DNA of 46,947 nucleotides from a virus (Duplodnaviria > Caudoviricetes). Positions 40,600 through 46,947 of this stretch are shown piece by piece. Location: the IMG/VR virus record IMGVR_UViG_3300034147_000130, positions 1 to 46,947 of that record, one strand, 5' to 3'. The first letter of the stretch is position 1; each line of letters starts with the position of its first letter. The notes beneath the pieces are model-generated. The model had not been told where the DNA came from. It saw only the letters and a program-made list of their open reading frames with translations, and searched no databases. A program made the position numbers and the translations under genes.

Positions 40600-40908
40600 A
40601 TGGCCAACCGCACCCCGCGTCCCACGCTCAGCAAGGTCGAGGCCGGCAACTACATCGGTCGCTACCGGGGCTACGAGGTCCAGGTGATCGAGGAGACCAC
40701 GGTCTACGGCGACCGGGGCTGGAACGCCTACCTCTACCGCCAGACCGGCGAGGGCCTGGCCCTGCAGGTCGAGGAGGGGCAGGTCACCGACTACCCCATG
40801 TACACCCGGCGCGAGGCCCTGGCCGTGGGCTGCGCCGCCGTCGACCACCGCGAGAGCGAGGCCCGCCGGCGCCTCTACGCCGCCGCCCTCCAAGAGGTGA
40901 GCTACTGA
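40600..40908 (+). CDS. Early hypothetical protein
   Basis: GGAGG then ATG at 40600. Confidence 0.75.
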   Translation: MANRTPRPTLSKVEAGNYIGRYRGYEVQVIEETTVYGDRGWNAYLYRQTGEGLALQVEEGQVTDYPMYTRREALAVGCAAVDHRESEARRRLYAAALQEVSY

Positions 40909-41105
40909 TGGTCAAGCAGATCACGCTCCTCGACCGCGCCCACGGCGTGCGCCTCTTCCGCCAACGCTTCGAGACCCTGCCCGCCGACTACTTCGTCCTC
41001 GACCTGGACGACCTGTGCACCAGCTTCGACACCGAGGCCGAGGCCCGGCGCTACTTCGACGCCCGGGCCGCCCTGGCCCGCGTCCGCGCCCTCGCCGGCC
41101 TGTAA
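40908..41105 (+). CDS. Early hypothetical protein
   Basis: TGATG coupling, GAGGT RBS. Confidence 0.7.
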   Translation: MVKQITLLDRAHGVRLFRQRFETLPADYFVLDLDDLCTSFDTEAEARRYFDARAALARVRALAGL

Positions 41106-41134
41106 TCCCACACCGCCCAGAGGGGGAACCGCCC

Positions 41135-41443
41135 ATGGAAGAGCCTGAGGATCGCGTCTACTTCGCCCAGATCGCCTACCGCTCCGGCGGGGGCTACGGC
41201 ATCAGCACCGAGGGGGCCAAGCAGGCCCTGGCCAAGGCCCGCCGGGAGTTGGGCCTGACCGCCGCCGACCTGCGCCGGGCGCCCCAGTACGTGCTCGCCT
41301 TCCCCGCCGGCACGACCATCACCGTGAGCGACATCTCCGGCGGATGGAGCAGCAGCGCCAAGCCCGTCGAGGTCGTGTCCGCCCACCACCTGGGCACCGC
41401 CCACCGCCTGGCCCTGCAGGACCTCATCGAGAGGGCGCCGTAG
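41135..41443 (+). CDS. Early hypothetical protein
   Basis: GAGGGGG then ATG at 41135 (MEEPEDRVYF...). Confidence 0.7.
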   Translation: MEEPEDRVYFAQIAYRSGGGYGISTEGAKQALAKARRELGLTAADLRRAPQYVLAFPAGTTITVSDISGGWSSSAKPVEVVSAHHLGTAHRLALQDLIERAP

Positions 41444-41662
41444 ATGGGGCGCCGGCGCCCGGCCACCCACCACACCTTCGTCCAGAACAAGCGCATCCGC
41501 GTCGTCCTGCTCGACGGCACCATCGTGCGGGGGCGGTTCGTCCGCTCCCTGCGCGACGCCATCATCGTCCTGCGCGACGACGCCGGCGTGATCCACCGCC
41601 TGCCCCACCTCGTCGTCCGCGTCGCCCAGTACGAGCGCCCGGGGATGCCCCGTGCCTCGTAG
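41444..41662 (+). CDS. Small beta-barrel (Sm/SH3-like) protein
   Basis: KRIRVVLLDGTIVRGRF...IIVLRDD resembles the Sm1 pattern. Confidence 0.5.
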   Translation: MGRRRPATHHTFVQNKRIRVVLLDGTIVRGRFVRSLRDAIIVLRDDAGVIHRLPHLVVRVAQYERPGMPRAS

Positions 41663-42002
41663 GCCCCTGCGCACCGGGCTGGGCGCGCCCTGGCCGGACA
41701 GCCCGGCCCGGCGCGCCTGGGCCAGGCGCGTCTACGCCGCCGTCGAGGAGTACGCCGCCGAGGTGCGCACCCTGGGGATCATGGCCACCATCAGCGTCAA
41801 CTGGGTCAGCGACCACAGCGCCCTGGTCATCCGCTGCTCGATCCTCAAGTCCGGCCTGCCCGACCCGGAAGAGCGCGAACGGGCGAGCTTTGTGGGCGGG
41901 TATTTGGCGGGGCGCCTCATGAAGTTCAAGCCCAGCCTCTGGTATGCAGGCCGGGGGCAATCGCTCATCCTGCACCCCTTGGAGGAGGACGACTTTGCCT
42001 GA
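41652..42002 (+). CDS. Early hypothetical protein
   Basis: 116 aa, overlaps neighbours, typical codon usage. Confidence 0.6.
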   Translation: MPRRPLRTGLGAPWPDSPARRAWARRVYAAVEEYAAEVRTLGIMATISVNWVSDHSALVIRCSILKSGLPDPEERERASFVGGYLAGRLMKFKPSLWYAGRGQSLILHPLEEDDFA

Positions 42003-42339
42003 CGACGCCGAGCAGCGAGCCGCCAAACAGGCGGCCCTCCACGGGGGCTACAAGTCCAAGGCTGTGGAACTGGCGCTCGCCCTGACCACCTGTCGTAAGG
42101 CTCACGCCGAGACGATGCGCCTGCTGGACGAGATGACCGCCGAACGCGACCGGATCAACCGGGATGCTGAGCGCCACGCCCGCCGAGCCGAGCACCTGGA
42201 GGAAGAGCGCAACCTGGTCATGGGGATGTACGACAGGGCCGCCGCCGAGCGCGACCGCGCCCGCCAAGACATCGACACCCTGACCGAGCAATTCGCCTCG
42301 ATGCTGGAGCGCGCCCGCGAACTGCAGTCCAGGCCCTAG
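41995..42339 (+). CDS. Coiled-coil protein
   Basis: GGAGGAGG then TTG at 41995; AERDR heptads. Confidence 0.65.
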   Translation: MPDDAEQRAAKQAALHGGYKSKAVELALALTTCRKAHAETMRLLDEMTAERDRINRDAERHARRAEHLEEERNLVMGMYDRAAAERDRARQDIDTLTEQFASMLERARELQSRP

Positions 42340-42340
42340 T

Positions 42341-42397
42341 TTGCGGTTCGCCCCACGACCTGGTATACTCTCTTTGCGGGCGGGACGTGCCCCCCGC
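42341..42397 (+). promoter_or_regulatory. Early promoter P2 + leader hairpin
   Basis: TTGCGG-17-TATACT (TGn), then GCGGG-C-GGG-ACGTG-CCC-CCCGC. Confidence 0.85.
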
Positions 42398-42410
42398 GCT
42401 GGAGGCGCCC

Positions 42411-43148
42411 ATGACGACAGACCGCAAGCCCATCACCGCCCGCTTCGACGGCCACTGCGCCAACCGTAGCTGCGTCACCGCCTTCGCCGCTGGCACCACG
42501 GTCTACTGGGCGCGGGGCGCCGGCGCCATCTGCGGGCTGTGCTATGAGGGCGCCGCCCCGGCGCCGGCGAGCGACCTGGAGCCGCTGACCGAGCTTGGGG
42601 ACGACGCCCTGATCGAGGAGTTCAAGGCCCTGGCCCGCCTGGCCCGGCCCGAGCTTCAGCCCGGCCTCGACCGCGCCCTGGACGCCGTCCACGAGGCGTT
42701 CATGGCCCGCCACCCGGAGCTTCAGGCCAAGACGGCCACCGACCTGCTCACCGGGATGGCCATCACCGCCGTCGCCCAGGGCCAGCAGGGCGAGACCGAG
42801 GCCCAGGCCGCGCAGCGCGGGTTCCTCTGGCTGGGCGTGGTCGACCGCGGCTACCAGCGCGGGTACGTCACGAGCTACGGGCGCACCACCCGGGACGGGG
42901 TGAAGGTGCCGGCCCTGGTGCTCGCCGGCCTGGGGCGCTTCGCCCAGGACAGCCACGTCTACGCCCTGACCGACCTGGTCGAGCGCGACCGCCCCTACGC
43001 CCAGGAGGCGTACGCCGCCTACGTCCAGGCCATCAAGGACGGCGCCGAGAAGAGCGCCGCCATCAAGGCGGCCAGTCTGGCCGTGCTGGAGATGCAGGAG
43101 GCCGAGGCCATCGACCGCGAGGTCGAGCGCCAGGCCGAGGGCCGCTAG
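42411..43148 (+). CDS. Protein with N-terminal zinc finger
   Basis: GGAGG then ATG at 42411; ARFDGHC....C...G..VYWARG....C..C. Confidence 0.75.
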   Translation: MTTDRKPITARFDGHCANRSCVTAFAAGTTVYWARGAGAICGLCYEGAAPAPASDLEPLTELGDDALIEEFKALARLARPELQPGLDRALDAVHEAFMARHPELQAKTATDLLTGMAITAVAQGQQGETEAQAAQRGFLWLGVVDRGYQRGYVTSYGRTTRDGVKVPALVLAGLGRFAQDSHVYALTDLVERDRPYAQEAYAAYVQAIKDGAEKSAAIKAASLAVLEMQEAEAIDREVERQAEGR

Positions 43149-43168
43149 AGCGAGAGAGGAGGAGGGAG

Positions 43169-43432
43169 ATGCCCAACGACTACACCAACCCGTACCCCCA
43201 GCGCGCCGACCGCAAACTGCGAGTCGCCCGGCGCCCCGGCTTCTGCGAGGAGTGCGGGCAGCCCTACGCCGCCGGCGACGACATCTGGTGGGCCAGGGGG
43301 ATCGGGGCCGCCCACCCAGCCTGCCAGGCCCAGGCCGTGCGCCCGGCCGTGGGCAAGGCGTCGATTCACGCCGATGGTTGGGCCATGGAGCGCAAGCTCG
43401 ACGCCATCAGGGAGAAGGAGGGGCGCGCATGA
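43169..43432 (+). CDS. Small zinc-finger protein
   Basis: ARRPGFCEECG....GDDIWWARG....H..C; strong purine RBS. Confidence 0.75.
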   Translation: MPNDYTNPYPQRADRKLRVARRPGFCEECGQPYAAGDDIWWARGIGAAHPACQAQAVRPAVGKASIHADGWAMERKLDAIREKEGRA

Positions 43433-43749
43433 ACGACGACTTCAAGCCCACCGTCACCGTCCGCTGGCCGGTCACCGTGACCACCCACTACAACGACGGC
43501 AGCCCGCGCGACGTGGTGCGCACCGTCGAGCTTCAGCCCGGCGAGCGCCTGGAGAAGCGACGCACCACGCTGACCATCGACGGCCCACCCTGGCGGGACA
43601 CCGCCCTCGACCGCCAGAACGGGGAGACCATCCTGTTCGGCGGCCCGTACCACCGCCCGTACCAGACCTTCCTCGACGCCCGCTACTTCGAGGAAGACAC
43701 CCCGGTCGCCCTGAACGACCACCTGATCCGCAAGGAGGGCCGCCCATGA
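43429..43749 (+). CDS. Early hypothetical protein
   Basis: AAGGAGG then ATG at 43429; ATGA overlap. Confidence 0.7.
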   Translation: MNDDFKPTVTVRWPVTVTTHYNDGSPRDVVRTVELQPGERLEKRRTTLTIDGPPWRDTALDRQNGETILFGGPYHRPYQTFLDARYFEEDTPVALNDHLIRKEGRP

Positions 43750-44306
43750 GCAGGATCACCCCGAGCGTCGACCCGAACACCGTGCCCCCCTGCACCGCCG
43801 AGCAGTTCCAGCGCAAGCTGGACGACCTGAAGCAGACCATCGACGGGATCGAGTGGGCGCTGGCCACCGACTCCGAGGGCAAGCTCAGCGCCGGCGCCTA
43901 CGTCGAGGCCCGCAACCTGGTCAAGGCCCTGGTCGACCAGGCGCAGCGCCTGAGCCAGCCCCTGGTCGAGTTGGAGACGCCGGTGATCGACCGGGAGGCG
44001 ATCCTGCTGGCCGCCGTCGACCGCCTCAGCCCGAACACCCGCTACGGCTACGTCCGCTACATCGACCTGGCCAACGCCAGCTACGACGCCCGCTACAACC
44101 CGCACTACCTGGTCGAGGACGCCCAGGGCAACCGGCGCTGGGAGTACCCCCTGCACGACCTGCTGGAGGACCTGGTCAAGCGGGACGTGCTAGAGAAGAG
44201 CGCCACCGGCGACTACCGCCGGTACGGCGCCCGGGGCCGGGGCGCGCGCGTCGGGGAGAGCACCACCGCCCTCCTGCGCCGGCGCGCCGCCGCCAGCGCG
44301 AGGTAG
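43746..44306 (+). CDS. Early hypothetical protein
   Basis: AAGGAGG then ATG at 43746; ATGA overlap. Confidence 0.7.
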   Translation: MSRITPSVDPNTVPPCTAEQFQRKLDDLKQTIDGIEWALATDSEGKLSAGAYVEARNLVKALVDQAQRLSQPLVELETPVIDREAILLAAVDRLSPNTRYGYVRYIDLANASYDARYNPHYLVEDAQGNRRWEYPLHDLLEDLVKRDVLEKSATGDYRRYGARGRGARVGESTTALLRRRAAASAR

Positions 44307-44313
44307 CTCACCC

Positions 44314-44341
44314 GCCGGAGGGGACACACGTCCCCTCCGGC
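44314..44341 (+). terminator. Perfect 12-bp hairpin after gene, before P3
   Basis: GCCGGAGGGGAC-ACAC-GTCCCCTCCGGC followed by a pyrimidine-rich run. Confidence 0.6.
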
Positions 44342-44353
44342 ACCCTCCCTTGT

Positions 44354-44411
44354 TTGCGGTTCAACCCACGACTGTGCTATACTCTACTTGCCGGCGGGAC
44401 GTGCCCCCGGC
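44354..44411 (+). promoter_or_regulatory. Early promoter P3 + leader hairpin
   Basis: TTGCGG-18-TATACT (TGn), then GCCGG-C-GGG-ACGTG-CCC-CCGGC. Confidence 0.85.
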
Positions 44412-44426
44412 GCCACGAGGTTGCCC

Positions 44427-44579
44427 ATGGAGTGCATCTGCTTGAAGTGCCTGGCCCGGGAGGTGTCCTTCATCCACTTCACGGTGCGCATGAAGTCCGA
44501 GCGCCGGGCGCTGCGGCGCGCCGGCGAGGAGCGCGCCGCCGCCCTGGCCGCCCTGGTGCGCCACGAGGTGTACCGCTAA
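44427..44579 (+). CDS. Small Cys-containing protein (50 aa)
   Basis: GAGGT then ATG at 44427 (MECICLKC...). Confidence 0.6.
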   Translation: MECICLKCLAREVSFIHFTVRMKSERRALRRAGEERAAALAALVRHEVYR

Positions 44580-44959
44580 TGGCCCGGCGCAAGAAGGTGG
44601 TCGTCCCCAGCGTCTACGTCTACTACAACGAGGCGGCCGAGACCTACTGGCTGATCGAGGAGACGCCCGAGCGCGCCGGCGGGCAGGGGCGCAGCTACCG
44701 GGAAGACGGCTTCCGCGTCCCCTTCGAGGAGCGCGGTGAGGAGGCGGCCTTCGCCCGCGCCGCCGCCTGGCTGGGCTGCGACCGCTTCGACCTGGACATC
44801 ACCCACCTGGCCAACGACCCCGACCGCGAGGAGCTTGACGCCTACGGCTCCCCCATCCCGCAGGAGAACTACCGCTGCACCGTCGATGTCCGCAGCCAGG
44901 AGTTGACCGCCCACCTGGCCGAGATTGCCGCCCGCAAGCGTGAGGAGAGCAGCCGATGA
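44579..44959 (+). CDS. Early hypothetical protein
   Basis: TAATG coupling, GAGGT RBS (MARRKKVVV...). Confidence 0.7.
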   Translation: MARRKKVVVPSVYVYYNEAAETYWLIEETPERAGGQGRSYREDGFRVPFEERGEEAAFARAAAWLGCDRFDLDITHLANDPDREELDAYGSPIPQENYRCTVDVRSQELTAHLAEIAARKREESSR

Positions 44960-45345
44960 GCAACCGCCCCCGCACCCCCGCCCAGCAGATCGAGGCCGAT
45001 GGCATCGCCCGCAACGCCGAGCGCGCCCGCCGCGCCGGCGGCTTCGACGCCCCCATCACCCCGCAGACCGAGCTTCGCGCCGAGGTGGCCGACCTGCGCA
45101 GCCGGCTGGAGAGCGTGCGCGAGCAGCGCGACGCGGCCCAGCGCGAGCGCAACCGCCTCTACGACGAGGTGCAGGCCCTGCGCATCCAGGTCGCCTACGA
45201 GCGCAACCGGGCCGACGCCAACGATGGGCTGGTCAAGCAGATCGCCGGCGAGCGCGACGCCCTCGGCAAGCAGTTGCTGGCCCTGACCAGCGACATCCGG
45301 GCCTCCATCGAGGCCCACGGACTGGAAGAGGAGGCCGGCGAGTGA
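44956..45345 (+). CDS. Coiled-coil protein
   Basis: 129 aa with heptad repeats; GAGGAG RBS. Confidence 0.7.
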   Translation: MSNRPRTPAQQIEADGIARNAERARRAGGFDAPITPQTELRAEVADLRSRLESVREQRDAAQRERNRLYDEVQALRIQVAYERNRADANDGLVKQIAGERDALGKQLLALTSDIRASIEAHGLEEEAGE

Positions 45346-45587
45346 GCTACACCATGCAGCCCATCAGCGCCCAGGGGTACACCCCCTACGATCAACTGGA
45401 GCACCTCAAGGCCGAGGTGCAGCGCAAGATCGACAGCATCCAGGCCGAGGTCAAGGCGTCGATGAACGGCCCCCTGGGCAACGGCCGGCGCCAGAAGCCC
45501 TACCACCACGAGGTGGTCGCCCTCGCCCGCCGGGAAGCCCTGCTCGACGTGCTGGCCGTCCTCGACGGCAAACCCGGGGTCTACTGA
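45342..45587 (+). CDS. Early hypothetical protein
   Basis: GAGGAGG then GTG at 45342 (GTGA overlap). Confidence 0.65.
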   Translation: MSYTMQPISAQGYTPYDQLEHLKAEVQRKIDSIQAEVKASMNGPLGNGRRQKPYHHEVVALARREALLDVLAVLDGKPGVY

Positions 45588-45599
45588 CCCCCACCGCCT

Positions 45600-45660
45600 T
45601 TGCGGTTCGAGCCACGCATCTGGTATACTCAAGAGGTCGGCGGGACGTGCCCCCGGCCTC
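45600..45660 (+). promoter_or_regulatory. Early promoter P4 + leader hairpin
   Basis: TTGCGG-18-TATACT (TGn), then GAGGTCGG-C-GGG-ACGTG-CCC-CCGGCCTC. Confidence 0.85.
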
Positions 45661-45675
45661 ACCCCGGAGATGTCT

Positions 45676-45909
45676 ATGAGCCAGAGCACCAGCAGCCCCA
45701 ACCACATGATCGTCGCCCAGTCCCGGCTGGCGGCCCTGCAGCAGCGGGCGCGGGGCGTCGAGGCCGACCAGGAGCAGGCCATCCGCAGCGGGCGCCACGA
45801 CCGGGCCACCGACTACGGGCTGGTGCTGGAGGGCCTGTACGAGCAGATCGAGGCCCTCGACCAGCAGATCAGCGCCTACTGGCACGACCGCGCCTGGGGG
45901 CACCGCTAG
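45676..45909 (+). CDS. Small helical protein
   Basis: GGAG then ATG (45676, or 45670). Confidence 0.65.
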   Translation: MSQSTSSPNHMIVAQSRLAALQQRARGVEADQEQAIRSGRHDRATDYGLVLEGLYEQIEALDQQISAYWHDRAWGHR

Positions 45910-46410
45910 ATGGCGTCGCGCTTCAACATCCCCACCCCGGTGGGCACGCCGGTGCGGGTGTACCGCAACCTCCACCCCACCAAGCCCACCTGGTCGATCC
46001 AGGCCCGGGTGCGCCAGCCGGGGACGAACCGCCACCACTGGAAGGTGGTGGGCTGGTCGAACGACCTGCTGCTGGCCCGCTGCACCACCCGCGTCTACGA
46101 GGCCGGCCGCCGGCGCGTGCTGGCCACGAAGACGAAGAACGTCCACAGCTACATCCTCGGCACGCTCATCAGCACCGAGACGTGGGCACTCCCCCTGGCC
46201 GTGCCCGAGGGGGGCTACCGGGTCAAGTACAGCCCCTACAAGTACGGCTACTTCTACAGCCCCGACTTCGATGACCGGCGCGTCGATGGGGGCGAGGTGT
46301 TCTTCCTGACCGAGGAGGGCGAGGTCTGGGGCGCTCCCGCTGGAATCGTCCTGGACGGCCTCGACGCCGAGGTCGAATTGAAGCGCTTGTGGGAGGTCGC
46401 CCGTGGCTAA
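45910..46410 (+). CDS. Conserved phage hypothetical protein
   Basis: VRVYRNLH...WS...GR.RVL....KNVH...G...Y.PYK, a motif set I recall from uncharacterised phage proteins. Confidence 0.75.
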   Translation: MASRFNIPTPVGTPVRVYRNLHPTKPTWSIQARVRQPGTNRHHWKVVGWSNDLLLARCTTRVYEAGRRRVLATKTKNVHSYILGTLISTETWALPLAVPEGGYRVKYSPYKYGYFYSPDFDDRRVDGGEVFFLTEEGEVWGAPAGIVLDGLDAEVELKRLWEVARG

Positions 46411-46654
46411 GTACGACGCCAGCGTCGAGGTGAGCATCAAGCTGACCTACCACGTCCTGATCGAGGTCGAGGCCCAGGACCTCCGGGACGCCGAGCAGAA
46501 GATCACCTGGCAGGCGATGGGTCTCACCCGCCAGGAGTTGGACCGCCTGATCGAGGAGAACCCCTTCGTCCACTCCTACGACGGCCAGGAGACCACCGTC
46601 GAGCAGGTTGGGGAAATCGAGATGGTGCCCGAGGAGGAGACCGCCCATGAGTAG
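46403..46654 (+). CDS. Small acidic protein
   Basis: GGAGGT then GTG; 83 aa. Confidence 0.7.
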   Translation: MAKYDASVEVSIKLTYHVLIEVEAQDLRDAEQKITWQAMGLTRQELDRLIEENPFVHSYDGQETTVEQVGEIEMVPEEETAHE

Positions 46655-46892
46655 CGCCCAAGTGTGGCAAGCCCTGGCCTACGCCGGGAACGAGGCGTCC
46701 GCCGCCCTGGACGACCTGAAGCGCGCCGAGGAGGAGGTGGCCCGCCTGGAACGCCTCCTGGTGGTGGCCAGGGAGGCCGTCGCCTCCCGCACGGCGAGCG
46801 TGACCGCCACGCGCGCCGCCGCCCGTGAGGCCCTCAACGCCGCCCAGGCCGACCTGGCCAAGAACGGGGTGGCCGGCCCGACGAAGCACTAG
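46647..46892 (+). CDS. Coiled-coil protein
   Basis: GAGGAGGAG then ATG at 46647. Confidence 0.65.
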   Translation: MSSAQVWQALAYAGNEASAALDDLKRAEEEVARLERLLVVAREAVASRTASVTATRAAAREALNAAQADLAKNGVAGPTKH

Positions 46893-46947
46893 CCGTGGCC
46901 GGTGACCGGCCCGGCCCCATGGTGTGTCCCGCCTGCCGGGGCACCGA

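Noticed and set aside
40525-45660. Repeats as a CRISPR or guide-RNA array
   Set aside because: Units are 1.2-2 kb apart, contain -35/-10 boxes, and no cas or Nop-domain gene is visible.

Overview
A very GC-rich tailed-phage genome segment with podovirus-like architecture; it is partial and shows no integrase, replication or lysis genes. The minus strand (~40.5 kb to 0.16 kb) is a late/structural operon. In order it encodes small basic proteins, TerS, TerL, portal, three very large putative ejection/core proteins (3807 aa polyvalent; 1536 aa SLT + M23; ~947 aa), scaffold, a BPP-1/epsilon15-type major capsid, a Bbp16-like cement protein, a glycosyltransferase, adaptor, nozzle-like protein and two tail fibres. 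Three HNH endonuclease genes interrupt this operon, all on the antisense strand. The plus strand from 40.6 kb carries small early genes driven by four near-identical sigma70-type promoters. Main findings: (1) The 3807-aa protein carries a TnsA-type nuclease, a SAM-lyase-like domain and an HExxH peptidase. It hides two +1-frame genes, each with its own RBS, start and stop, placed immediately after the last two of these domains, which suggests a nested effector/inhibitor system. (2) Short patches of dense A/T-ending codons occur in the capsid, portal, terminase and adaptor genes, several on motifs recalled as conserved. (3) All four early promoters are followed by a covarying GGG-ACGUG-CCC leader hairpin. 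All family assignments come from reading motifs by eye; no searches were run.
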